Source: Methanomassiliicoccales archaeon (GTDB lineage: Archaea; Thermoplasmatota; Thermoplasmata; Methanomassiliicoccales; UBA472). Taken from it: a DNA stretch of 64,000 bases. The notes under the pieces were generated by a model. That model saw only the letters and a program-made list of their open reading frames with translations, had not been told where the DNA came from and made no database searches. Position numbers and translations under genes: made by a program. The DNA lies in assembly GCA_026394395.1 (NCBI GenBank), contig JAPKYK010000001.1, positions 223,940 through 287,939 of the forward strand, in the 5' to 3' direction. Positions 1 through 10,871 of the stretch are shown piece after piece. The first letter of the stretch is position 1. The number at the start of each line of letters is the position of its first letter.

Positions 1-1
1 G

Positions 2-1108
2 CTCCGGGACGCGGAGAGGCCGGTGCTGCTCGTCGGCGGCGGGGCCAGATGGTCCAACGCCTCCAGCGAGGTGCAGAAGCTGGCCGAGATGCTGTTCGCT
101 CCGGTCATCACCACAATAATGGCCAAGGCCATAATCCCCGAGGACCATCCGCTGTCATTCGGCATGATCGGCATGCACGGGCGCGAATGCTCCCGGAAAG
201 CGCTGCTGGAAGCGGACGTCGTATTCGCCATCGGGACGCGGTTCTCGGACCGCACCATCGGCTACGACCAAGAGATGTCCAACGACACCAAGATCATCCA
301 TCTGGACATCGATCCCATGGAGGCGGGCAAGAACCCGCGCACCAAGGTCAGGCTGGTGGGCGACGCCCGCAAGGGCCTGCAATTGGTGATCAAGGGGCTC
401 GGACGCTGCTCCAAGGGCGAGAGCGCCTGGGGCAAGAGGGTGAAGGAGCTCTACGATGGCTGCATCTGCAACATCGACATCGACGAGGAACCGATAAAAC
501 CGCAGAAGGTCATATGGGAGCTGCGGAAGGCCCTTAACCCGGACGCCTACGTGGCCACGGAGGTGGGGCAGAACCAGATGTGGGCGGCCCACTTCATGCA
601 ATTGAAGCATCCCAGCCAGTTCATCACCTCTGGCGGCATGGGCACTATGGGCTTCGGCTTTCCCGCCTCCCTGGGGGTCAAGTACGCCCACCGGGACAAA
701 CAGGTGGTGGACGTGGCCGGGGACGGCAGCTTCCAGATGGTGTTCCAGGAGCTGGCAACGGCCATGAGCGAGGACCTGCCGGTGGTGGTCTGCCTGCTCA
801 ACAACGGCTGGCTGGGCATGGTGAAGCAATGGCAGAAGCTGCAGTGGAACCGCCGCTACAGCGGCACCGAACTACGGTGCAACCCGGACTTCGTGAAGCT
901 GGCGGAGGCCTTCGGGGCCGCCGGGGTCACGGTGACCAGGCCCAGCGAGCTGTCGGAGGCCTTCAAGACGGCCTTCGCTTCCGACGTACCCTTCGTGGTG
1001 GACGTGCGCATCGATCCGGAGGAGGACATGCTGCCCATGCTGCCAGGCGGGGTCAGCAGCGACCAAGGGACCATACGCAACCGCTGCATGTGGAACCAAA
1101 GCCGTTGA
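2..1108 (+). CDS. ilvB: Acetolactate synthase large subunit (5'-truncated by window edge)
   Basis: TPP-binding motif GDGSFQM...LNN, GTRFSDR and VGQNQMW motifs; frame stays open to the window start (LRDAERPVLLVGGG). Confidence 0.95.
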   Translation, partial: LRDAERPVLLVGGGARWSNASSEVQKLAEMLFAPVITTIMAKAIIPEDHPLSFGMIGMHGRECSRKALLEADVVFAIGTRFSDRTIGYDQEMSNDTKIIHLDIDPMEAGKNPRTKVRLVGDARKGLQLVIKGLGRCSKGESAWGKRVKELYDGCICNIDIDEEPIKPQKVIWELRKALNPDAYVATEVGQNQMWAAHFMQLKHPSQFITSGGMGTMGFGFPASLGVKYAHRDKQVVDVAGDGSFQMVFQELATAMSEDLPVVVCLLNNGWLGMVKQWQKLQWNRRYSGTELRCNPDFVKLAEAFGAAGVTVTRPSELSEAFKTAFASDVPFVVDVRIDPEEDMLPMLPGGVSSDQGTIRNRCMWNQSR

Positions 1109-1168
1109 TAGGGTAGAACAATGTAAATAATGAGGATAAAATGCGTCAGAGCATCTAACGGTGATCAT

Positions 1169-2158
<990 letters not shown>

Positions 2159-2205
2159 CGAAACCCTTTTCACCCTTCCACCCTTTCCCTTCATAGGGAG
2201 GGGGC

Positions 2206-2577
2206 ATGGAACGTATTCTTATGCGCACCAGGTATGAGCGGTGGGAGATCGAGCTCAACGACACCGTGGCCGCCTGGAAGATCAACGAGTCGCTGCCGCT
2301 GGAGCGGGAAATAAACGTGTGGGGCGGGGAGATCTATTTCACGGTCCCTGTCAGCAACCCCCTCGAGAACGGCAAGAAGATATTGGAGGAGGGCGAGGTG
2401 GCCTTCTGGCCGGAAGGCAACGCCCTTTGTTTCTTCTTCGGGCGGACACCGGTGTCCAGCACCTCCAAGCCCGAGGCCTTCTCCCCGGTGACCCCGGTCG
2501 GGCGCGTGCTGAACAACGTCAGCGCCCTGGCCGAGCTCCCGGACCGCACCAGGGTGACCCTGGAGCGGGCGGACTGA
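2206..2577 (+). CDS. Cyclophilin-like fold protein (TM1367/DUF369-like)
   Basis: WGGEIYF, GEVAFWPEGNALCFFFGRTP and SPVTPVG motifs typical of the family. Confidence 0.85.
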   Translation: MERILMRTRYERWEIELNDTVAAWKINESLPLEREINVWGGEIYFTVPVSNPLENGKKILEEGEVAFWPEGNALCFFFGRTPVSSTSKPEAFSPVTPVGRVLNNVSALAELPDRTRVTLERAD

Positions 2578-3933
2578 TCACTCGCTTCCCACCATCTCCA
2601 GGTCGTCGAAGCGTACGGAAGGGGTGATGCAGTTGCGGTGTACCGTGGCGTCGTTTCCTACGGCCCCGACGCGCTTCAGCGCCTGATAGAAATTACCTAC
2701 CAGCAGGCACTGGTCAATGTGTCCCGCGACCTGTCCGTCTCGCACCAGCTTGGCGGAGCGCACCTCCAGGGCGAAGCCTCCGGTGATGTTGTTGACGTCC
2801 GGGGCGGCCAGCTTCTCGATGACCACTCCCTCCTTCATCTCCGAGACCATGTCCTCCACGCTCTTCGTCCCCGCCCTCCACACCAGGTTCATGGGCAGAG
2901 TGACCGCGCCCCGGCGGTACAGGTTCAGGGCGTCCGATGGATCGCGCCGTATGTAGTTGCCGGTGGCGGAGACGTTCCCCATCTGGGCGTGATAGTTGTC
3001 GTAGAGCAGTCCCTTCAGCACTCCCCTCTCCACTAGCGGCTTCTCCCTGGTGGGCGTCCCTTCGTCGTCGAACTTGCAGGAGAGCGAGGAGCGGGGGTCC
3101 CAGGGTTGGTCGCGCAGGTCCACCAGCTTGTTCCCGACCTCCTGTCCCACCAGCTCCCCCCAGGGAGAGCGGTGTCGCAGGGCGTTCTCCCCGTCGAGAG
3201 AATAGCCCACGGAAGCTATGAGCATCTCCGCCAGCTCCTCCGGTGGAAGGATCACCGAGGTGGTCATCTTGCCCTTGAAGTGCTCGGCGTTTTGGGCGTT
3301 CAGGGCCTTCTCCCTCAACCTCTGTCCCATGTTCTGCGTGTCCAGGGCCGACAGCCCTGACGAATAGTAGCTTTCACTGCCCTCGCCGGGGTCCGCCCCG
3401 GTGGTCATGCAGGTGAAGTGGGCGTAGGCCATCGTCCCCTTCTCCCGGAAGGTGGCGCCGTTGGAGTTGGTCAGAGCACGTTCCAATATGGCCACGCGCA
3501 GCTGCCCTCTCGGGACCTTGATCCCCTCTCCGACCGCGTTCACGACCTCCGCCACCTTGTCCCTAAGCATCTCCTGGCTGGCGGTCAGAACCTCTTCCTG
3601 GCTGTTCTCCACGGAGCCTACCGGCTGCGAGAAGCCGGGGAACTTCTTAAAATGAGGGTCGGGACGGGAGAGCCGGGCTAAGGCGACAGCCTTGGCCCCG
3701 CACTCTTCCAGATCGCGCACGGTGTACATTGTGGAGCTGGACTGCCCCAGGCGCCCGTTAAGGGACACCCGCACGGATATGCCCTGGTCCAGCTTCTCCT
3801 CCAGGTTCTTCACCTTGTCGTCATCTATGTAGGCGGTGAGCGAGCGCACGCGGACCAGGTAGGCCTCGACCTCCTTGGCCCCCTCTTCCAGCACCTTGTG
3901 CACCGTCTTCTTGGTCATCCTCTCGAGGTCCAT
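2578..3933 (-). CDS. pmbA: TldE/PmbA family protein
   Basis: FDDEGTP, GVLKGLLYD, TGN motifs; no HExxxH; adjacent to tldD. Confidence 0.9.
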   Translation of the reverse strand: MDLERMTKKTVHKVLEEGAKEVEAYLVRVRSLTAYIDDDKVKNLEEKLDQGISVRVSLNGRLGQSSSTMYTVRDLEECGAKAVALARLSRPDPHFKKFPGFSQPVGSVENSQEEVLTASQEMLRDKVAEVVNAVGEGIKVPRGQLRVAILERALTNSNGATFREKGTMAYAHFTCMTTGADPGEGSESYYSSGLSALDTQNMGQRLREKALNAQNAEHFKGKMTTSVILPPEELAEMLIASVGYSLDGENALRHRSPWGELVGQEVGNKLVDLRDQPWDPRSSLSCKFDDEGTPTREKPLVERGVLKGLLYDNYHAQMGNVSATGNYIRRDPSDALNLYRRGAVTLPMNLVWRAGTKSVEDMVSEMKEGVVIEKLAAPDVNNITGGFALEVRSAKLVRDGQVAGHIDQCLLVGNFYQALKRVGAVGNDATVHRNCITPSVRFDDLEMVGSE

Positions 3934-5310
3934 TCAATCGCCTCCCAGTACTATCTTGAAGCGACAGTGCGGGCCCCCAGATGAAACGGGGACCCAGTCC
4001 TCGATGCCCTTGCCACAGTACCCGCCGTCCAGCTCGACCTTCTTGCCCATGGCATCGGCCGTCGAAAGGATATTGAGGGCGTTGCCGGTCAGAGTGAACG
4101 AGCGCAGCATATTGGTTATCTTCCCGTTCTCGATGAGGAATCCGCGCAAGGCCTTGGCCTCAAAGCCGCCGCCCACCGGGTCCTCCATGCCGCTGATCAT
4201 GTGGTCGGTGAGCACTCCCAGCTTGACATCGGCGATCATCTCGTCGAGGTCCTGGTCCCCCTTATCGAAGAAGGTGTTGGTCATGCGCACCCACACCCGG
4301 TGGTCGAAGGCCTGGGCCCTCCCGTTGCCGGTCGGCTCCACGCCCATCTCCGCCGCGGTCTCCAACGAATGCATGTACCCGCGGTACACGCCGTCCTGGA
4401 TGACCACCGTGCGCGAGGAGGGCGAGCCCTCGTCGTCGAAGGGGATGCAACCCCTCGCTCCCTTGAACGTCCCGTCGTCCACCATGGTGATGAGGGGCGA
4501 GCCGACCTTCTTGCCCACCATGTCGGTAAGGAAGGAACGCCGCTTGACTATCTCGTCCGCCTCGGACGCGTGCCCCATGACCTCATGGGCCAGCAGCCCA
4601 GAGATGGAGGGGTCGGTTATGCAGGTGACCAGGCCCGAAGGCGCCTTCACCGCCGAGAGCATCTTGATGGCCTCCTTCCCCGTCTCCCGCCCGAAGGCCT
4701 CCAGGTCGGTCTCCTTGACCAGTTCGTAACCGACGGAGCCGTCCCGGATGTCGTAGAAGAACTCGGTACGCCCGGCCTCGTGGGCCACAGCCTCCACCAT
4801 TATTGTGGAACGCACCTCCTCCCAGCTCAGGCGCTTGTCGTGGCTGTTGACCAGCATGTTCTCCCGCACCTCCTCCCGCAGCATGGCGTTGCTGTTGACT
4901 ATGCGCGGGTCTACCCGCTGCGCCCGGTCCATGTCCAGAGCCGCCTGGACCTTCTCGTCCATGCCCACCTTGGAAGGGTGAAGCTTGACCTGGGCCTTGA
5001 GGTCGGCCTTGGCCCCGCCCCGGTCTGGTATGAGCTTGCCCTGGGCCGTCCCGGCCAGAGCGTTGCGGACGGCCTTGGCCGTCGCTTCCATCATGGCCTC
5101 CTTGGACACGTCCACCGTCGTAGCGTAGCCCCAGGAGCCTCGTTTCCGGGCCCTCAGGCACGCTCCCCGCAGTCTGTCCTCCGATATGCGCTTGACGGCG
5201 GCGTCCACCACCGCCACCCCGGTGCTGGTGATCACCTGGTAGCGGGCGTCGCAGAAGTCCGCGCCCTCGGCCCGCATGCGTTCCACGGCCAGTTCCAGCT
5301 GGTCCATCAT
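3934..5310 (-). CDS. tldD: TldD family metalloprotease
   Basis: HEVMGHASEAD zinc motif, DDEG, TGNGRA, RMTNT and C-terminal CGK...PVSSGGP. Confidence 0.93.
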   Translation of the reverse strand: MMDQLELAVERMRAEGADFCDARYQVITSTGVAVVDAAVKRISEDRLRGACLRARKRGSWGYATTVDVSKEAMMEATAKAVRNALAGTAQGKLIPDRGGAKADLKAQVKLHPSKVGMDEKVQAALDMDRAQRVDPRIVNSNAMLREEVRENMLVNSHDKRLSWEEVRSTIMVEAVAHEAGRTEFFYDIRDGSVGYELVKETDLEAFGRETGKEAIKMLSAVKAPSGLVTCITDPSISGLLAHEVMGHASEADEIVKRRSFLTDMVGKKVGSPLITMVDDGTFKGARGCIPFDDEGSPSSRTVVIQDGVYRGYMHSLETAAEMGVEPTGNGRAQAFDHRVWVRMTNTFFDKGDQDLDEMIADVKLGVLTDHMISGMEDPVGGGFEAKALRGFLIENGKITNMLRSFTLTGNALNILSTADAMGKKVELDGGYCGKGIEDWVPVSSGGPHCRFKIVLGGD

Positions 5311-6407
5311 TGGACCACCTTCAGTTCCTTGGCGGCGTCGGTGAGCATCTCGTACCCGTCCTCGGTGATGAGCACGTCGTCCTCGATGCGCACCCCGCCC
5401 TGCCCAGCGATGTACACGCCCGGCTCGACCGTCAGGACCATGCCTGCTTTGAGAATGAAATCGTGGTTCGGGGCCATTCGTCCACCGTCGTGCACCGACA
5501 GTCCCAGCCCGTGCCCGGTGGAATGGATCATCAGCTCCTTGAACTCGCTGGCGTCGATGACCTTGCGGGCGGCGGCGTCCACGTCCTTGCCGTTGACCCC
5601 GGCCTTGATCACCTTGAGGGCGACGATCTGCGCCTCCAGCACTACCTGGTACATGCGCTTCTGCCAGTCCTTGGCCTCCTTGAAGAAGGAGGTGCGGGTG
5701 ATGTCCGAGCAGTAGCCCTCCACCTTGCAGCCGAAGTCGAAGAGGGCGGTGTCCCCGCGCTTGATCTTGATGTCCTCGGCCCCGTGATGCGGCTCCGCCG
5801 AGCTGGGGCCGAAGGAGGCGTTGGTGCCGAAGGCCGACCCGGTGGCGCCCATGCGCATCATGCGATAGTCCAGCTCCGCTGCCGCTTCGTATTCCGTCAT
5901 GCCGTCCTTGAGGATGCGGGGTATCTCATCGGCCACCCGGGAGGCGATGCGGCAGGCCTTCCTCATGCGTTCCACCTCGTCCCTGTCTTTGATAAAGCGA
6001 GCAGCGGACAGCCCGGGGCTGATGTCCACCAGCTCCGCCGAGGGCGCCATCCGCTGGAGGTCCAGATAGTTGTTGTAGGTGATGCCCCAACCGTGTATCC
6101 CGATCTTGCGGAAGTTGCCCAAGATGCCCCCGCCGACCATCTCCCGGTCCTTCTGGGTGCGGTAGGTGAGCACTTCCGCCTTCCCGGCCCGGGCGGAGGT
6201 CTCCTCCAGCTGGGAAGTTATGAGGGTGGAGCGCCCGTCAGGGGTGATGACCCCCAGGCAGCCCTCGAAAAGCCCGAACCTGGTCCCGGTGACGTAGGGG
6301 AACGCCACGTCCAACATCGGCTCCTCACCGTTGACGAGCACGATGGCGTCCAGCCCTTCCTGGCAATTGGAAAAGATCCACTTTACTCGGTCCTTCATCC
6401 CTATCAC
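5307..6407 (-). CDS. Xaa-Pro aminopeptidase/prolidase (M24 family)
   Basis: GYCSDITRT, HSTGHGLGLSVHD, TVEPGVY and GGVRIEDD metal-binding motifs. Confidence 0.93.
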   Translation of the reverse strand: MIGMKDRVKWIFSNCQEGLDAIVLVNGEEPMLDVAFPYVTGTRFGLFEGCLGVITPDGRSTLITSQLEETSARAGKAEVLTYRTQKDREMVGGGILGNFRKIGIHGWGITYNNYLDLQRMAPSAELVDISPGLSAARFIKDRDEVERMRKACRIASRVADEIPRILKDGMTEYEAAAELDYRMMRMGATGSAFGTNASFGPSSAEPHHGAEDIKIKRGDTALFDFGCKVEGYCSDITRTSFFKEAKDWQKRMYQVVLEAQIVALKVIKAGVNGKDVDAAARKVIDASEFKELMIHSTGHGLGLSVHDGGRMAPNHDFILKAGMVLTVEPGVYIAGQGGVRIEDDVLITEDGYEMLTDAAKELKVVQ

Positions 6408-6444
6408 GAGGGCGAAAAGGGTTTTTCCGTATTTAGGGCTGACC

Positions 6445-7263
6445 TCAGATGCCTATCCAAACGTTACCGGCAATGCGCCTGATGGCGGCGATGGCCGAGA
6501 GCGCGGCCAGATAGCTGGTCGCCGGGTTGGACGGGAAGGGCACGTTGTCCGTCTCGCAGACGATGTGACCGAACTCCCCCCTGACCTCCAGACGGTGGGC
6601 GTTGCAGTCGGAAATGGGATCACACACCAGCTTGACCTTGGTCTTGTCCAGGCCGATGCCGATGAGGGAAATGGTGGCGGAGACGTTGACGTTCTTGGGG
6701 AAATGGGCCACGGCATCACGTGCCGAGCCCTCGAAAAGGATGGTCTTCTGCTTGAGCGAGTTGACGTCCACGCCCTTCGATGTCAGATAGGCATTGTCCT
6801 GGAAGCTCTTGGGCCCCTTTGTGGATACGAGCTCCACGCTGTCTATGACGTCCGAGGAAGCGGAATGCAACCCATCCGTACCGCAGATGGCTCCCGAAGG
6901 TACGTAAAGACGACCGCCCTTGCGCTTGGCCACGTTGAAGCACCTTTCCCTGGTCTCGTCGTCAGCGAAGGCGCCCACGCTCATGACCAGCACGTCCACG
7001 CCCATGCCCAGGACGATGGGGACGTAATGTTTTACAGCGTCCTGCGAGGCGGCTTCGACCACCAGGTCGACGTTCTTCAGGTGGGCCTTGATGCTCTCGT
7101 CGGTGGGGGAGATGAACTTGCCCTTCTTGCACTCCTTGGTGATCTTCTTGGCCCTCTCCTGGTTCTTGTCCGTTATGTAGAAGATATCGAACTCTTCCAT
7201 TTCCTCGATGGCCTCAGCCAGTGTAGTACCGATGGCCCCGCTGCCGATGATTAGGAGTCGCAT
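6445..7263 (-). CDS. nadX: L-aspartate dehydrogenase
   Basis: IGSGAIG, VEAAS, MSVGAF, PSGAICG, FPKNVNV, NPATSYLA; start placed at MRLLIIG (ATG 7263). Confidence 0.93.
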   Translation of the reverse strand: MRLLIIGSGAIGTTLAEAIEEMEEFDIFYITDKNQERAKKITKECKKGKFISPTDESIKAHLKNVDLVVEAASQDAVKHYVPIVLGMGVDVLVMSVGAFADDETRERCFNVAKRKGGRLYVPSGAICGTDGLHSASSDVIDSVELVSTKGPKSFQDNAYLTSKGVDVNSLKQKTILFEGSARDAVAHFPKNVNVSATISLIGIGLDKTKVKLVCDPISDCNAHRLEVRGEFGHIVCETDNVPFPSNPATSYLAALSAIAAIRRIAGNVWIGI

Positions 7264-7390
7264 CGGCGCATAATCGCCTAACCCTGATATAACCTTGTCC
7301 CTCCCCCTCCAGTGACGGTCATGGCTGGCGCTGGCGGCGGTCACCTGTCCCAGGGGATTGGTTAATAATCCGTTCCCCCATGCAAGGCTC

Positions 7391-7795
7391 ATGAGGTATC
7401 GCACCCTGGAGCACACCGCGGACGTCATGGTGGAGGCCTATGGCGCCAACCTCGAGGAGTGCTTCGGCAACGCCGCCTACGCCCTTACGGACCAGATACT
7501 GGACGTCTCCAAGGTCCGCCCTAAGTTGGAGCGGGAGATCCTCGCCGAGGGGCACGACCACGAATCGATGCTCTACAACTTCCTCTCCGAGCTGCTGTTC
7601 GTCTTCGACGTCACCGGCATGGTCTTCTCCAAGTTCACCGTGCGCTTCGATGGCGACAAGGTGGTGTGCCGAGCCTGGGGCGAGGCCTACGACGCCAAGA
7701 GGCATCGCCCCAAGAAGGAGGTCAAGGCCATCACCTACCACATGATGGCCATCGAGCCGGCCACCCCGGCGGTGCGCGTGGTCTTCGACATCTGA
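7391..7795 (+). CDS. Archease
   Basis: N-terminal EHTADV, EVKAITYH and C-terminal VFDI signature. Confidence 0.95.
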   Translation: MRYRTLEHTADVMVEAYGANLEECFGNAAYALTDQILDVSKVRPKLEREILAEGHDHESMLYNFLSELLFVFDVTGMVFSKFTVRFDGDKVVCRAWGEAYDAKRHRPKKEVKAITYHMMAIEPATPAVRVVFDI

Positions 7796-7870
7796 AGGAA
7801 CGGCCCTTTTCAGGAATCCGAGGCGCATTTTAATAAGGAAACCCTCCGTTATGCCCCACGCCGCAAGTTG

Positions 7871-9001
7871 ATGGCGGGAGAGCGACCGATGGAGTTCGAC
7901 ATGATGGACGAGGCCATGCCGTTCGAGGGCAAGATATTCGTCTCCGACCTGCAAGGCCCGGTCACCGCCAACGACAACGCCTTGGAGATCACCTCCCAGC
8001 TGGTGGAGAACGGCGAGCGGCTGTACCAGGCCCTGAGCCGCTACGAGGACGTGCTGGCCAACGTAGTGCGCAAGGACGGCATCAAGGCCGGGGACACCCT
8101 CCGCCTGATACTTCCGTTCCTCAAGGCCTACGGGGCCACCGACTCCTCCCTGCTGCGACTGTCCCGAGAGGGATTGAAGGTCGTACCAGGGGCGGGCAAG
8201 ACCATGCGCTACGTGCAGGAGTTCATGTCCAGCTTCATCGTCAGCACCAGCTACGAGCATTACGTGGGAGCCGCCTGCGAGGAGATCGGGTTCCCCTTCG
8301 AGAACGCTTTCTGCACCCGCCTGAACATGGACATGTACGAGGTGGAGGAATGGGAGGTGGAGACCCTGCGCAACCTGGCGCGGGAGATCGTGCGCATGCC
8401 GCTCATCAACGTCCCGGGGAACGCCCGCAACGTGCGCGACCTGGAACCGGACGACCGCCTGCTGGTCCGCCGGCTAGAGGAAATATTCTGGACCGAGATG
8501 ACCGACCTGTCCTCCCACCAGTTCATATCCCAGGTCAACCCGGTGGGCGGGGACGAGAAAGCGACGTCCGTAGTGGAGATATGCAAGCGCCTCAGCGTGG
8601 CGCTGGAGGACTGCATGTACGTTGGCGATGGGGTGACCGACGCCCGGGCGCTGCAGGTGGTGCGGCGCAGCGGCGGTCTGGCCGTGTCGTTCAACGGCAA
8701 CCTCCACGCCCTGCAGGAAGCGGACCTGGCGGTGATGTCCGAGAACACCATCGTCACCTCCGTGCTGGCCGAGATATTCTATCGCGCCGGGAGGGACGGG
8801 GTCCTAGAGGCGATGGAGGATTGGGGTCACGATTCCCTGCGCCGCTCCGGTCTGGTGCACGATTACCTGCTCCGGGAGTGCTTCCACTTGTATCCCGAGG
8901 GGCTGCCCGAGGTGCGCCGGGTGAACAAGGACAACATCCAGGAGCTGTTGGGGTCCAGCCTGAGGATCAGGGAGAAGGTGCGGGGAGCGGCCAAGATCTG
9001 A
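7871..9001 (+). CDS. EhaR-like HAD-superfamily protein (COG4030-like)
   Basis: D-x-x-GP-x-x-x-NDNA, AGDTLRLILPFL, STSYEHY, YVGDGVTD, SFNGN motifs; exact start uncertain (7871 or 7889). Confidence 0.75.
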   Translation: MAGERPMEFDMMDEAMPFEGKIFVSDLQGPVTANDNALEITSQLVENGERLYQALSRYEDVLANVVRKDGIKAGDTLRLILPFLKAYGATDSSLLRLSREGLKVVPGAGKTMRYVQEFMSSFIVSTSYEHYVGAACEEIGFPFENAFCTRLNMDMYEVEEWEVETLRNLAREIVRMPLINVPGNARNVRDLEPDDRLLVRRLEEIFWTEMTDLSSHQFISQVNPVGGDEKATSVVEICKRLSVALEDCMYVGDGVTDARALQVVRRSGGLAVSFNGNLHALQEADLAVMSENTIVTSVLAEIFYRAGRDGVLEAMEDWGHDSLRRSGLVHDYLLRECFHLYPEGLPEVRRVNKDNIQELLGSSLRIREKVRGAAKI

Positions 9002-9096
9002 CCTCCTCTGAGGCCGTCGTCCCGAGCACCCCCTTTCGGCTCTCTGGCGACAAGCACGTCCAAGGTCGGGCGATACGTTAAAATACGCACGCCTAT

Positions 9097-9378
9097 GTGA
9101 CTCAAAACATGACCTCGAAGCTTTTTCTCCGCATCACGCGCCCGCGGCACAGGAGGGTGGGTGATTCCATAATTCCCGACCCGGAAATGCTGGACTACTA
9201 CTTCGAGGAATACCAGCTAGGAGGCGTGACCCGCAGTCTTATACGAGCCGACCCGCCGTCTCGGGGGGTCAGCCAGAAACTGCCCCTGGGTACCGAAGGA
9301 CCCAAGAAGCAGGACGGGCTGGTGGGGCCGCTCGACGTCTGGCTGGTGCACGACCTGCTCAACGATATGATGGACTGA
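9097..9378 (+). CDS. Hypothetical protein
   Basis: 93-aa ORF filling the intergenic gap behind a TTAAAATA TATA-like box; no recognisable motif. Confidence 0.5.
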   Translation: MTQNMTSKLFLRITRPRHRRVGDSIIPDPEMLDYYFEEYQLGGVTRSLIRADPPSRGVSQKLPLGTEGPKKQDGLVGPLDVWLVHDLLNDMMD

Positions 9379-9504
9379 GCCGGACGCCGGTAAGGGGCTC
9401 CCAGCAGGACTAGGGCATCGCCGATAGGAATGGCCTTATTATCAATCTGGATAACAAGCTTGAAATGGTTTAATAGCCTGAAACGATTGTGAGAAAACGT
9501 TCTC

Positions 9505-10566
9505 ATGAGCGATAATGAGGCCGCCAATCATCACGACAGACTATTCCTAGACATGCTCCGCACCCTGCAGAAGGCCGAGGACAACGAATCGGCGCTGCAC
9601 GCGGTCATGGACGCAGTGGCCGGAATGTTCCTACCTGCAAGGGTGTGCTTCGTCCCCGAGGAGCGAAGCGGGTTCACGGCCATGGGCGATAGCGGCCCCT
9701 GGACCGCCGAGGCGCGCCTGCTTCCGGACCAGATGATCAAGCTCCTGCCCTCCAAGAAGGGTTTCGCCGTGGCCTTGAAGAACCGGGGGCGACGCATCGG
9801 CCTGCTGATAGTGGACGGGGTGCGGGAACCGAGGGACTTGGACCAGGCCGTGCCGTTCATACTGGCACTGCCCGACGCCTTGGAACTGTCCCTCAGCAAC
9901 ATCCGCTATATGCAGGAGCTGAACGAATCCCGGGACCAGTTCTCTCGGCTATCTGAATCCCTGGGCGTGGCCAACAAGATCCTGCGGCACGACATCGCCA
10001 ACGAGATGCTGGTCATCAGCTCCTCCTTGGACCTTTACCGGCAGAACAACCGGGAGCGGGACCTCCTGCGGGCCCAGGGGTCCCTGCTGCGCATGCATAG
10101 CATAATCACACAGATGAGGGACCTGGACAGCTTCCTGCTGGCCCGCAGGGAGATGACCGCCACCAGCCTGACCCAGGTGATCAACGCCACGCTGCCCGCC
10201 CTGGAGATGCCCTACACGGTGCAAGGGGACGCTCAGATACTGGCGGACCCGGCGCTCAAGGCGGTCATCGAGAACCTGGTGCGCAATGCCAAGAAGCACG
10301 GCCAGGCCAAAGGCATGGAGTTCGTCATCATCAAGAAGGATGGAAAGGTGGTGTTGGCCGTGCGGGACGACGGGAAAGGTCTGCCGGTCGATCAGCTGGA
10401 CCGCATATTCCAGGAGGGCGTGGCCTTCGGCGAGTCCAAGGGCACCGGCCTGGGCCTCTACCTGGTCAAGCGGACCATGGTCCGCTACGGGGGGAGCATC
10501 CGGGCGGACAACGACCCCCGTGGGGGCGCCCGTTTCGAGCTCACCTTCCGCTCGGTCGAACCTTGA
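9505..10566 (+). CDS. Sensor histidine kinase (GAF-like N-terminus)
   Basis: H box LRHDIAN, N box ENLVRNAKKH, G1 DDGKG, G2 GTGLGLY. Confidence 0.93.
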   Translation: MSDNEAANHHDRLFLDMLRTLQKAEDNESALHAVMDAVAGMFLPARVCFVPEERSGFTAMGDSGPWTAEARLLPDQMIKLLPSKKGFAVALKNRGRRIGLLIVDGVREPRDLDQAVPFILALPDALELSLSNIRYMQELNESRDQFSRLSESLGVANKILRHDIANEMLVISSSLDLYRQNNRERDLLRAQGSLLRMHSIITQMRDLDSFLLARREMTATSLTQVINATLPALEMPYTVQGDAQILADPALKAVIENLVRNAKKHGQAKGMEFVIIKKDGKVVLAVRDDGKGLPVDQLDRIFQEGVAFGESKGTGLGLYLVKRTMVRYGGSIRADNDPRGGARFELTFRSVEP

Positions 10567-10595
10567 TCCAGAGTGATGAAAAAACCCCCTTTCAC

Positions 10596-10871
10596 TTACC
10601 TTTTTCCGTGCACCGTCTCGTTTATCCACTGCACCAATTTACGGTACGATTCTCGGCCTTCCCCGGTCAGCTCGACCTTCTGATGACCATCCTCTTCCCG
10701 CAGGATCACCAGTCCTTTTTCAATCATCCACTCTAGGTATTTACTGAACACATCGTAGTTGGTCCCAATGGCCGTCTGCAGGCGGGTCTTGAGCATCGGC
10801 GATGGCTCATGCCACAGCCTCTCCAGCATCCTGGCCACCACGTAGAGGTCGGGCCGGTCCAATCCCCTCAC
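10596..10871 (-). CDS. Archaeal winged helix-turn-helix protein
   Basis: KTRLQ...NYDVFSKYLEWM...GLV...LTGEG pattern of small archaeal wHTH regulators. Confidence 0.8.
   Translation of the reverse strand: MRGLDRPDLYVVARMLERLWHEPSPMLKTRLQTAIGTNYDVFSKYLEWMIEKGLVILREEDGHQKVELTGEGRESYRKLVQWINETVHGKR

Noticed and set aside
4201..7254. Long antisense and alternate-frame ORFs here and throughout (e.g. 17729-19018, 20481-21824, 50271-51905)
   Set aside because: Shadow ORFs of high-GC coding sequence overlapping well-supported genes
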